Positions 25,246-38,408 of a stretch of 64,000 bases of DNA are shown in pieces. The notes beneath the pieces are model-generated. The model was not told the DNA's origin. It did no database searches and was given only the letters and a program-made list of their open reading frames with translations. The DNA comes from Geosiphon pyriformis uo1. Taxonomy: Eukaryota > Fungi > Glomeromycota. Both the position numbers and the translations under genes were made by a program. Where the stretch lies: contig JAAOMT010000236.1 of the NCBI GenBank assembly GCA_016748015.1, positions 10,157 through 74,156 of the forward strand, written 5' to 3'. Position 1 is the first letter of the stretch. Every line of letters begins with the position of its first letter.

Positions 25246-26108
25246 TGTTACAAATAATTATTTGGGATCTCAAGTCAAATAACAAACCTGTAACTTGGTG
25301 CTCAAAAGCTACTCATGTTGTTAATAATAGTTTTAAGTAGTTGGTATCTGAAGGTTTTTCCAAATGAGTCTTTTGTATAATAGACAGAGATTTTTTGTTA
25401 ATAGTATTCGCAGTTTTTTTGTAAGTTGTTTCCCAATTTCTTTCTTAGCTTGATGGCTGGATTTATTTTGGCAGTCATGTCCTTCTGGTAAGTTATCCGA
25501 TAATATATATAATCTTACCCTTATTTCTGGGTTTTTTACCAGACTATTGTGACATCAATAACTCAGTGCTTTTAATCTTCAATAAATTAGTATACAATAA
25601 CAAAATCAAAGAAGAAAATAAAAAAAATAAAGAAATGTAAAAAATTAAGCCAAGGCAAATTGCAAATTAGTATCCTGTTAATAGCCGTGATCAATAGTTA
25701 TTGTTCCAGTGTAGTTAAGTATCAATTACTATCAACATGAAGAGTTGATAGTGGAAATGGGTTTGAGATAATAAATAGTTATTTATTGTGGCTTAAAAAG
25801 TTGTTTAGATCAAATCTAAATTGAGAGGTCTGTATTTTCAGCTTCTAATACTACTGCTATATATACATAATTGAGATTTTTCAATTTCTCAATTCTTCAC
25901 AACAGGAGTCCTGGAATTTCTGAAATCCTGCGATTCCTTTGAGAAGAATCCTGGAATTCTGCAATTTTGCAATTTCTTGTGTAAGAATCCTGTAATTCTT
26001 AGAATTTTGCAATTCCTGAAAGAAATCCTGGAATTCCACATTTACTATGTCTACTTCTGATTGGCTAATAATTATGCTAATATATTTTCTATATTTCTAT
26101 GAATAATA
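25246..26108 (-). repeat. 5' LTR of A1
   Basis: Homologous to 29270-30128 and ends TGTAACA. It has a CCAAT box, GAATTCCAG-type repeats and a TATA motif. Confidence 0.93.
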
Positions 26109-29100
26109 CTGGTTATTTTATAGTATTACAGATTTTAAATTAATTTATTTATGAATTAAGTAGCAGTTTGTTACAATAAGTACATTCAATACACCCAAAT
26201 ATTCTCTAAAATATAGTTACATATGTCTGAGATTTTGAATTGGTCAAACTTAAAGCCAATTACATTCAAGCCATAAATTTAATAATAAACAAATCATCTG
26301 AATTAGATTCTAAGCTGAAACAATTCAGTAACTTTATTAATCAGAAATTTGAAAAATACTTAGTTAAAAATCAAGCAATTTATTAGTCTTCTTAATATTA
26401 TGACAATTCAGGAAACTCCAATCACTTCTAAAATTCATCATATCTATTATTGTTATTATTAAATTAACTGTAACAACAAAAAATACATAATTGTTATTAT
26501 TGTAATAAACAAAGCTATTTAAAAGCAGATTGTCACTTCAAATTTAATAACCAATAATTAGAAAATCAATATTAAAACTCTGATTGCAAGTTTAAAACCC
26601 AGAATTATATCAACAATTTATTATTGGAATTATATTTATATTAATTATATTACTCCCAAATAATACAACAATTTATATATATACTTCCAGTTTATCAAAT
26701 TTCAGTACTGATAATCTATTAATCATAATCATAAGTAATATATTAATCTCAATCAATTTAAATACTGCCACAAAACTTAGCTTAAATAACAACTGAAAAT
26801 CAAAAACTGAAAATTATATACACATAACAAAACTAAAAATTAGCAATGATTATGCACCAACCAATTTCTAGTTTCATAAATTAAGCATTAAAATTATGTT
26901 TAAAAAATTTAGGAAGTAAGTACATCTAAAACTCGAATTCCCAAAACTATTTAAATCTCTTAGTTATCCCAAAAAACACTCAATTTAACAAATCAGAACA
27001 GCTAAAACAACCATTTTTCAATAATATTCTACTAACAATAGTTATTGAAAACAAGTTACTTGCAGCTATCTTTTTTTTTAAATTAGAAAAATACTTAATA
27101 ATATCTTTTTTTAGTAGAACTATTCTTAATACTAAACTGATTACTGCTATATATATGAATACTAAAGTTAATAACCAATTTATCAAGCTAATTCTTGATA
27201 GTAAATCAATAAACAGTATTTTTACACAACAACTTATAGACCAATTAGGTTGCTGAGTTGATCAAACTGCCAGTGCTAAAATCATTACAGCTAATAGAAT
27301 AACAAAAACTTTTATTGATAAAATTGATGACTTTTTATTTAAAGTCAAAGATATCATTGTATTAATCAAAGTTTTAGTCATGAAAATCACACAATATCAA
27401 GCTTTTATTGGTAATAACTGGCTGTTCAAGACTAATACAATACTTAACTGAACTACACAAAAGCTACAGCTTAGTCAAAATAGTTAGCATACTTAAATAC
27501 TAGTTATCTGTGGTCATTTCAAAACAACCCAATTACAGCCATTGATTGAATTTAAGAAAGAAATAAACAAATTATTTGAAAAGTCTGTTAAGTTTCATGG
27601 GCCAAAAAAGAGCACAATAAACTGTCACCAATACTCTTTTGGAACAACAAAAGAAAAAAAAGAAAAAAGAAGAAAAAAAACTCTCAAAACACTACTATTA
27701 CTAAAAAAACAGCCCAACAGTTGGTATGTACTTTACTCATCAAAACAAAAGAAAAAACCATCTTATATTTATCTTAGATATATTGATTATAAAAAAAACT
27801 TTTTTTCATGTAAGCTTAAATTTTACCAAAAGAAAACTACTAAACACATATTTACTATTATTATAAACTATATTACAGAAAATCTTTTGGGTATTCAAAA
27901 TGACAAGGAAAGTAGGACAACAAATTATGTTTTACTTGTGAAAAAACATTATTTAACAAAAAAATATGGAATAATATTTCTAATTAAGAAGAAATGTACA
28001 ATACTTTGTATCAATATACAATTTCCATAAATAATAAATAAGCTAAAAAATGTCTTTTAATGCTATATAGAACTAAGTACTCTTGTATTTGGATTGTTAT
28101 TCACATAACAAAAACAAAATCTAGAAAATAACAAATACCAAAGTCAAAGATATTTTATTTAATAAAATATTGATAATTAAAAACAATCTACCAGAATCTA
28201 TTAATACTATTCTTATTCTGAACTCAGACATTTTTTTTAACATTCTAAGTAATCCAGAACAATTTTACAAACATTACCAAGATCTAACACCTATTCAAAA
28301 TAAGCAAAAGCAGTATTTAGAACAATTAAATACTAGACTTTGTAAATATTGTCTAATTTTTAGTTGACTTTAAATATTGTAATAATTGTAATTTTATTTA
28401 CAATTCACTTTTATACATGATTTATTTAATTTTTAAAGAAGAAAAACCAATTAACAAGTGTGTTTTAGAATCAAAATTAAAATTTAATTATAATTTAGTC
28501 TTTAACAATAATAATAATAACAATTTTAATATTATTTATTATAATAATGACAACAATAATAATTTAAACTTTGACAAAAATCTCAAACAATATATTGTGC
28601 TTTCAAGAACAGAAATTCAAATGGTTCAGTAATAATAATAAGAATATTATGCCAAAATGTGCACATAATACTAATATAGAATTTAATTTTAGATATTTAA
28701 AAAAAACTGTTATCTGATTGGAATTTTATTTGTACACTAGTATAGATCTAAAAATAGCACTGAAAATTTTAATAGCAACAATAATCCAATTAATTTTTAG
28801 ATCTAGTTTAGTAAAAAAAGAAATTAATATTAGAAAAAAATAATTGATGTAAGATATATAAAAAATATTATTACGATGCTACAAAATAACTTGGAAAAAA
28901 GATATATTATTAAACCAAATAAAAAAATAGCACAGGCAATATTTTTGTTTTTGGTTAAAATAGTTCAATTAGTATTAGTAAAAATGAGAAAAGAATTAGG
29001 AATTATGGCAAAAGAGAAATAAATGAATTTGAATAAACAAGTAAAATAGAGATATTAATTAATATAGTTGAAGAAAAAACAATTGATAAAGAAAAAATTA

Positions 29101-29269
29101 TTTTTATCAATTAATCTATTTCAATTCTATTATATGATCAGTATATATTAACTATAGAAAAAAAAATAAAAAATTAATCCCAAACTTTTAAAGCAAAACC
29201 AAACATTTATGAATTAAGATAAATTGACATTATTAATCTCTATATACTAGCCAAAAACCACAAACACAT
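26109..29269 (+). mobile_element. Old family A copy D, segment 1 (mid-gag, protease, Cys module, dUTPase at about 28649-29040)
   Basis: Degenerate homology to E/F. The reading frame KHI|KISIYNTT continues at 39256 after the E insertion. Confidence 0.88.
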
Positions 29270-30128
29270 TGTTACTTATAGAATATAGAAAAAATATTAG
29301 TATATAAAATAGCCAATCAGAAATAAATGTAGTAAATATGGAATTCTAAGATTCTTTCTAGAAAAATTGCAGGATTCTAAAAATTTCAAGATTCTTATAT
29401 GAGAAATTGCAGAATTCCAGAATTCCAGGATTCTTCTTAAAAAAATTACAGAATTCCAGAAATTTCAGGGTTCCTGATGAGAAAAATTGAAAAATTAAGG
29501 AATCTCAATTATGTATATATAGCAGTAGTGATAGAAGTAAAAAAAAAAACAGACCTTTTAGTTTAGATTTGATTTAAGCAACCTTTCTATTTATAAATAT
29601 CAATAAATAATTATTCACTATCTTAATCTATTTTCCACTGTTAACACTTCATGTTGATAGTAACTGATACTTAATTATACTAGAACAATAGCTCTTGATT
29701 ATAGCTATTGATAGGATATTAACATTTATTGTCTTGGCTTATTTCTTTATTTTTTTCTATTTTCTTCTGTTATTTCTTTGTGTTTTACTAATTAATTAAA
29801 GATTAAAAAGCACTGAGTTATAGACATCATAGGGACTGATAAAAAACCCATAAAACAAAAATAGAACACTTATAATTGAGGATAGCTTACCAGAAAGATT
29901 ACCAGCCATCACATTAAAAAAAAAATTCGATAGAATTGCAATTCCAGAAGACTACTAACACAACAATTGAATCTTTGTTCATTATACAAAGAACTTAACC
30001 AAAACTTTCAGACAATCAAAACCTTCAGATACAAACAATCTTTAGATATTATTAACATTAACAAGTAAATTAGCACCAAGTTATGAGTTTGTTATTTGAT
30101 TTGAGATCCCAAATAATTATTTGTAACA
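29270..30128 (+). repeat. 5' LTR of E
   Basis: TGTTAC...TGTAACA termini, AGCCAATCAG and ATGTATATATAG motifs. Confidence 0.95.
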
Positions 30129-30130
30129 TT

Positions 30131-30147
30131 TAGTGCTTTCTGTAAAG
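30131..30147 (+). promoter_or_regulatory. Primer-binding site of E
   Basis: TAGTGCTTTCTGTAAAG, a transition-decayed form of TGGTGCTCTCTGTGA. Confidence 0.7.
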
Positions 30148-30189
30148 TATAATCTAACAGAAAACAAGCACTAACAACAACCATACAAA

Positions 30190-33100
30190 ACAGTAACAGA
30201 ATCAGAAAAAACAGAGACAAACCATTTGGGATTTGCAAAATTTTTATTCCAGCACTACAAAAGTTATTTGGAATTAACAAATAATAATTGGCCAGCAGAA
30301 TCAGCTTTCAATTGCTATATTAACAAAAAGATTGTATATTACTTAGGAGGACAAAAAGATTCAGAATCTGCCTTCAACAATTTCTTTAGTGAACTACTTT
30401 AAAACACCACATTACCACAGAACTATTTATTTGCATCAATAATTACAAAAATAAACAGAAAAATTGAAAAATACATTAAACAAAAATTTCTCATCACTTT
30501 TGCAGACAAAAAAAAAAAGATTACAAATACTAGTAAAAATCCCAAAACAAATACAACTACCTATTTGGAAAAAACAAAAAGTTGATTCTCCAGTGAATTC
30601 ATCATATCACTACACATCTGGAAGCATTATCAATATAACATTAACAGGCATGTCCACAATAAATACAACAATATTATTAAATAAAATTCTATTCTAAAGT
30701 AAACAAAAGAAAGCCAAGTTATTGGGAACATATGACAATTACTTTGAAGGATTCAAATCACAATCTCTAACACCATCAGAAATTTGATTATCATTTAAAC
30801 AGCCAGATTTTGGAGCTGTTAGTCCATAAGAGATAACCAATTTTGAAAAAAAGAAAGACAGCAATCAAGAAATAAATAGTCAAAATCTGATCCCAGAAAA
30901 TCTGGAAATTCAAATTCCAATCATCCCAACTCAGCAAAATTAGAATAATCCAAACACTGCTCCTATTGTTCCCCAAAACTTACCTCCAATAATCCTGATT
31001 AATTCACCTTCAGTCCCACCAATTATCAAACAGCAATAACAACTACTACCACCTTAGCAACAATTACAACAGCCATTTTAACAACCATAACAACTGCAAC
31101 AACTGCCACTTGTAGCTTTAATAACATATGTTCCAATTGCGAAAATCAAAAAATTTACTGGTGAAGAAGATGACACCCAAGTATGACTCAATGATGTGAA
31201 AAAAGCCATCACAGCCAACAGATGGAATGATGACAGAATCTTTTAAGCAATTCCCTATTTTCTTTAAGATACTGCTAATTCATGGTATCAAAGTTTAGCT
31301 GCCAAACCACAAAATTTTCAAGAATTTAAATTGGAATTTGTGAGATATTTCAGTAACAATAATAGTATTAACTGACTGGCAAATACCTTTACTACCATCA
31401 AACAAGGAGAAACTGAAGCAGTTACTACTTAATTAGGATGCTTCTATAGAAATTTACACCAAATACAAGTGATTGATGTGAATTATTTTACAGCACTACA
31501 GATCTTGAATCAATTTATCTGTGAACTATACAGTAGCATTCTCCAATACATATGTTCATTATATCCATCTGACTTTCAAGCTACCATCACTCATGTCAGA
31601 GACTTTAAATTAGCCAAACTCAAAACCAATCATGCTTAAGCTATCAATCTAGTAATGAATAAATTATCTGAATTAAATTTGAAATTAAAACAATTCAGTA
31701 ATTTTATTAATCAAAAATTAGAGAAATACTTAGCTAACAATCAGGCAATTTATTAATCTCCACAATACCACAATAATCAAAGAAACATGAATTGTTTCCA
31801 ATCTTAGCCATATTTATTACTATTGACCAATTAGCAATGGCAGCAGAAGACACATGTTTGCCACTATTGTAGTAAACAAGAACATTTGAAAATCAACTGC
31901 AGATTAAGGATAGATAACTAACAATTGGGAAATCAATATCAAAATCCCGATTGCCAGTTTCAAACTCCAAATTATCAATCAAACCCAGAACCATATCAAC
32001 CAAATTATCTACTCATGACATAGCAGCCAATCTATCAACCACCAATTTATTAGCTTCCAGCATCTGTAGTTTATCAACTGCAGTCTTAATCTATCTATTA
32101 GCCACAGCTTTAAGTAATCTATTAGCCCCAACTAATTCAAATACTGCCACCAAATTCAGCTCAAATAACATCAAAAAATTTCAGATCAAAAATCACTCAA
32201 AACTAGAGATCAGTAATGATTGTCTACTAACCAATTCCTAGTTCCACAACCCAATAATCAGGATCTTGCCAGTAGAATTTAAGAACTGAATATATTCAAA
32301 ATCTGAATTCCCAGCACTACTTAAGTCTTCTGGTTATCCCAAAAGACACCTCATCCAACAATTAGGAACTCAACCAGAAACAGCCACTTAATAGCAATAT
32401 CTCATTAACAACCAGTACCAAAGACAAATTATTTGCATCTATATTCTCTTTTAAACTTAAAGAAACTACTCTAGTCTCATTATTCAGTGAAGCTATACTT
32501 AACACCAAACTTATTACTACAATGTACACTAATGTCAAAATTAATGACTATCTTATCAAACTAATCTTAGATAGTGAATCAGCTGGCAGTATTATAATAT
32601 GACAACTTATGAACCAATTAGGTCACCAAGTTGATCATGTGGCCAGTACCAGAATTATTACAGCTGATGGAGTGATCAAAACTCCCATTGACAAAATTGA
32701 TAACTTACCTATTGAAGTCAATGATATTATTATACCAATCAAAGTTTTGATAATAAAAGCCACACAATATCAGACTCTTGTTGGTAATAACTGGCTATTC
32801 AAGACCAATGTTATACTTGATTAAACCACATAGAAGCTCCAGCTCAGTCAAAATAAGCAACACATTTGAACATTAGCCATGTATAGACATTTCAGAACTC
32901 CTTCAAAGAAAAAACAACTATTGATCAAGCTAAAAGAAAAAAAACCTTATCTGGGAAGCCTATTAAGTTTTGTGGACCAATAATGAGCACAATAAATTAC
33001 AGTTTATACTTTTATGAGATGACAAAGAAAAAAAAAGCAAAAAGAAGAACTTATCTAGAATAATAATCAAAAATTGTGAACTGACAACAATCAAAATAAA

Positions 33101-36100
33101 CTGATACCAAGTTAGAAATGGGAAAAAACCAAGAAAGAGAAAGGAAAAAAAAAGAGCTATTATCAGCAACCATTACAAATTATACTCCATATACTTATAC
33201 TCTACTACAACTGTCTAACTATTGCCAACTAAAACTGATGTGCATTGATTGTGACAAGAAATTGTTATTAATGGGCGCATGTTGTGGCAATGATAAAGAA
33301 TACCCAACAGCAACAAAATTCTATTGTTACTCATGTATTCTTAAACAATTTAGATGACCAAAAAGACAAAAAAAATGGGACAACAAATTATGCTTGGCTT
33401 GCAAAAAAACTCTTTTAATGAAGAAATGTAGAATAACATTCCTAGAAAAGGAGAAACATGTAACAAATTGTGTTAATACACAATTTTAATCAACGACTGA
33501 GTACACAAAATAACACCAATAGAAGCAGTCTGAAGAAGAACAGTAAAACATTTGGATAGATGTTCTCATAATAATAACAAAATATGGCACATGGCACTTG
33601 CTAAAATCAAAAGAGCATTACCAAAAAAAATAAGAGTGATTAAAAATAACTCACTAAAACTCATAGAATTCGATTGAGATCCAAATTCAGATATTGTACT
33701 AGACTTTATGGACCCAGAACAATTTCATGAACACTACCAAGAGTTAGCACTCACAAGAGAAAAGCAAAAACAATGCTTGAAAGAAATAAACACTCAACTA
33801 TGTGACCATTATTTGATTTTATGTAACTTCTAATATTGTAATGAGTGTGACCTTATCTACAATTTACTATCATGCATAATCTACACAATTCCAAAAGAAA
33901 AAAAACCAATCAGCAGCTGTGTATTGGAATCAAAAGCACTGTTCAATCTCAATTTAAACTCTGATAATAATAATGACAAAAATAACAGTTCTAGCTCCAT
34001 TTAAAATGACAATAAAAATAACAATAATTCAAGGAACAGAAATTTAAATGGTTCAGCAATAATAATAAAAGTATTATGTTAGAATGTACATATGATACCA
34101 ATACAGAGTTTGATCTAAGATATCTCAGAAAAAATGCCATCAAATTGGAACCACATTCACGCATCTGTATTGATCTCAAAATAGCACTGGAAATCCCAAC
34201 AACAACAATAGTTCAATTAGCATCTAAGAATAGTTTAGCAAAAAAGAGAATCAACATCAGAGAAGAAATAATTGATGCAGAATATGTGGAAAATATCATT
34301 GTAATGTTACAAAATAACTCAAAAAAGGCCTACATAGTAGAGCTAAACAAAAAGATAACACAGACAATATTCTTGCCTCTGGTTAAAATAACTCAATTAG
34401 CATTAGTAAGAAACAGAGAAAAATTAGGGATTATAGCTAGAGAGATACAGAGAATCAGATTCATGAGTAGAATAAATGTACCAATTAATATGGCAGAAGA
34501 AAAAGTTATTGATAAGAGAGAAATTATCTTCAACCATCAATCAATTTTTATTCTATTATATAACCAGTACATATTAGTCATAGAAAGGGGAATAAAAAAT
34601 CAAGCTCAGATTTTTAAAGCAAAAAACTACTATGTGTAAACCAGGAAAGATTGGACTTACTAATTTTTACATATCAGCCAAAAGTCTGAAACATATTAAA
34701 ATTTCTATTTACAACACAACAAAAGATGTTCTTGAAATATTAAAAGAAATTACCATCAGATATTTAAGCACTAAAGTTAAAAAACAATCACCAAACCCCA
34801 TTTCAAACTTTCTACAACTGTGTAGATATATGAATATTACATTACAAACAATATATAAATGAGAAAAATATTATCTGCTTTAATTAGAACAATTGAAACA
34901 AATAAACTTGGGAAATCTAAATCCACTACAATATATATAACTTAAAATGTTACTTAACAATTTCAATAACATTTTTGCCAGTAAAAACGAATTTGACAGA
35001 ACCAACATAATCCAGCATCAGATAAAAACTGAAGATGCGATGCCAATCAAACAGAGAGCATACAGAATACCATTAACAAGCCATGAAATCATCAAACAAG
35101 AGATTAATCAAATATTAGACAATGTGTTAATTCAACTATCAATGAGTTCATGGTTATTACCAGTGGTACTAATCCATAAAAAAAATGGGAAAATATGCTT
35201 TTGTGTGAACTACTGAAAACTTAATGAAGTAACCAAAAGAGATAGTTACTCAACTCTAAAAATCTAAGAACTGTTTGATGCTTTTGGAGAAAAGAATTAG
35301 TTCTCAACTTTAGACTTAGACAGTGGTTACTGACAAGTAGTTATGAAACCAGAAGACAAGAAGAAAATGGCTTTTACAACTTTAGAAAAAAATTTTGAAT
35401 TTGAAGTTATGTCATTTGGCTTGATGAATACTTCTGTCATATTTCAACAACTTATGAAAATTGTCTATACTAGACTGCTATGGAAATCAGTAGTCATATA
35501 TCTGAAAAACACTAATGTGTTTTTCAAAACATTTGATGATCATTTGCACTATCCAATAAGTATTTGAAAGACTAAAAAAAGCTGGATTAAAATTGAATGC
35601 AATCAAGTGTTTTTTTGAGAAAACTGAACTCAAGTTTTTGGAACATATTATAAGCAAAGATGAAATCAAAACAGATCCAGACAAAATTAAGATAGTTAAA
35701 AATTTTTTAATACTCACCAATTTGACTGAATTACAAGCATTCTTGGAATTTGCAAGATATTACTGCCACTTCATTAAAGACTTCTTCAAACTGGTTTAGC
35801 CATTATATCAGCTTTAAACAAAGAACACCAAATACAAATAAATGAAAACTCAGCAAAAAGCTTTTAACACATTAAGAAAAAAGCTTATTTAAGCTTCAGT
35901 ACTAATCTATTTAGATTATAGTAGGCTATTCATAATTACAACTGATGTATCAGGTTAAATATTAAGAGCAATACTATTTCAGAAAAAACTGGATAGAAGA
36001 GAACACCTAGTAATATATGTTAGTTACAGCTTAAGTCCAGCTGAAAAAAACTATAGAACACCAGCATTGGAATACTTAGCAATTTATTGGACAGTTATAA

Positions 36101-37712
36101 AATAAAAAGAATACTTGAGCCAAAAGTTTGATGTGTATATTGATTATAAAGAACTGACTTTAATCCAAAAACAAGAATTTAAAGATGATCATCATGTTTA
36201 ATAGAAAATAGAACTTTCACTATTTAATTATACAGTACATTACAAAAAAGGAAAAAAAAATGGAAATGCAGATGGCTTGTTACAAATAAAACAAATCTAA
36301 GAATATTTCTACTCAAAAATATAACAAAAAATGAATATACAAAAATATCAACAACTTCAACACTATATTAATATCCAGCAGTTCAAGAAGAAATTATCTC
36401 CAAAAGAACAAAGCCATATTAAACAACAATCTAAATATTTCATTACTCACCAAGAGATATTTTATTGGAAAAACAGAAAGAATTCAGACCAACCAACTAG
36501 AGTAATTACAAAACCAAAGAAAGAAACAATATTGTTCAACATGCATTCAGATTTAACAGCAGGACATTTTCATAAAGAAGTAATCATAAAAAAAACCAGA
36601 AAAAAATACTATTGGCCATTAATATATCTAAACATTATCTAATATGTTCAAAATTGTGATGCTTGTAAGAAAAAAGAAAGAACAAAACCCAGCAAACCAT
36701 TAAGACCAATTAAAATAAAACAACTATTTAACCATATTAGAATTAACTTAGTCAAACCATTAACAATAACTAACAAAAAAAATAGATATATCACAGTAGC
36801 CATGGATTATTTTACTAAGTGGCCAAAAGCAAAAGCCATTCAAAGAGCAGATGCAGAATTCATTGTTGAATTCATTCATCAAGATTTAATTTGTTAACAT
36901 GAATGTCCAAAAGAACTACTATCAGATCAAGGAACTCACTTCATAAACAAAACACTAGCAGAACTAAGTCAAAGATTTGGAATTAAAAGACCATTATCAT
37001 TACTATATCATTTACAAACAAATGAGTTAGTTGAAAGATTTAACAGAACATTGTGTAAAGCAATTGCCAAAATCAGCCAAGAAAACCAGAATAAATAAAA
37101 TTTGTTTATATCATCAGTATTATTTGTTTATTGGACAATAAAACAAGACACTATATAAGCAACACTATTTAAATTAGTATATAATAGAACAGCAACATTA
37201 CTAATTGAGATAAAAATCAACACATATCCAACAGAACCAATAACTGAAGACAATTTTCAGGAAATGTTGCTAAGAAGAACATATAACTTATGGAAACTCT
37301 AGAAAACAAATGACAAAGAGCAGCTGATAACATTTAAAAGTCACAAGAAAAACAAAAAAAAAACATGATAACCAATTATCAGATAAACCAGTTGAATTCA
37401 AGATTGAAAACAAAGTACTTTTATATCATACCAAAGCAGAAAAACAATAGAATAGAAAATTTGACCCCAAATAGAACAGATTATTTCACATAGAAAAAAT
37501 TCTAGAAAATGAAACTTATAAATTAAGATTAAACAATAAAATTTTAACCAAAGCAGCACATGGTAATTGACTGAAATTATATCACCATATAGTATCATCA
37601 CTCACCAATAATATTTCACAATTAAGAGTACAGAGAATACTAGTCCAATCCAATAAAATTCTATAAGATCTAGAACCAATTATTATTATCAACACCAACA
37701 TATCAAATTGAA
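30190..37712 (+). pseudogene. E gag-pol (gag ~30190-32200, protease ~32510-32890, Cys module ~33225-33860, RT ~35040-35800, RNase H ~35800-36290, integrase ~36330-37712)
   Basis: The CCHC codon at 31859 and the protease fragment at 32609 are in the same frame, so no gag/pol frameshift is needed there. Canonical motifs are present with many transition-generated stops. Confidence 0.92.
34076..34470 (+). pseudogene. E dUTPase domain
   Basis: TNTEFDLRY, ASKNSL, EEIIDAEYVENI, KITQTIF, REIQRIRFMS. Confidence 0.88.
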
Positions 37713-37764
37713 CAACTAAAAGAATATAAAGACATGATAGATGTGACAAAAACAACAAAAAAAA

Positions 37765-38395
37765 ATGGAAATACCAAACTATATTTACACTTTAACTTAA
37801 TAATTCTTTCAACTAATACAACAATAAAAGATGAAAATTATAATTAATCAACAAATTATCAGATACAAAAACACCAAAAAAGAACCACAAGATAAAATAC
37901 GGGAGAAAAACAGAAAATACTATTAACAAAATAATTACAATGGTAAAATTGGTAATAAAAACACAACCAAAAGTTATCCAATATCAAGAGTTGATGATAG
38001 AAACATAGAATTGGTAAACACAACAATTTTCAAGAAACTTTTGCTATTTCTATTTGGGACAATATCTGAATATTCAAAACTTATATATGGACAAGACAAA
38101 GCAATTATTCAATCCAGGAATATTACAACAACTTGAAAAATTTGTGGGAAAAAACAATTTAATTACATAAGCATGAGTCATCTATTGATTACAAATCGAA
38201 TTTCAAGACCAACCAGAAATCTTACTCAATTCAACAATGGATTCTATTACTGTTAACCAAATGAAAAAAATAACCAATGCCCAATTTGAAAAATTACAGA
38301 ACAAGATAACACAAGTAATTCTCGAAAAAGAAGTTCAAGAAATACTTAAAGATAAAGCATTAGAGTTAAAAAATATTGACAGAGCTCAATATTAA
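37765..38395 (+). pseudogene. E ORF3 remnant
   Basis: RNFCYFYLGQYLNIQNLYMDK...ITVNQMKKITNAQFEKLQ, ending at the PPT. Confidence 0.72.
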
Positions 38396-38408
38396 AAAAA
38401 GAAAATAA

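Larger units (their letters stand above)
17107..26108 (-). mobile_element. Ty3/Gypsy copy A1 (family A, among the best preserved), 3' LTR missing
   Basis: LTR 25246-26108, PBS, complete gag-pol domain series and a 3' ORF interrupted by B. Confidence 0.95.

Noticed and set aside
25686-25722. U1 snRNA-like words (ATACTTAAC, TGATCACG) in the family A LTR
   Set aside because: Only two short words match. There is no stem-loop II or Sm site, and the sequence is part of the LTR hairpins.
31951-32241. Ser/Thr-rich 96-aa ORF as a separate gene
   Set aside because: It is an alternative frame of the YQP-repeat gag linker. The true frame is closed by CAA>TAA decay and is continuous with the knuckle and protease.
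37765-38395. Envelope glycoprotein call for ORF3
   Set aside because: It is short and hydrophilic, with no signal peptide, transmembrane helix or fusion-peptide pattern visible.
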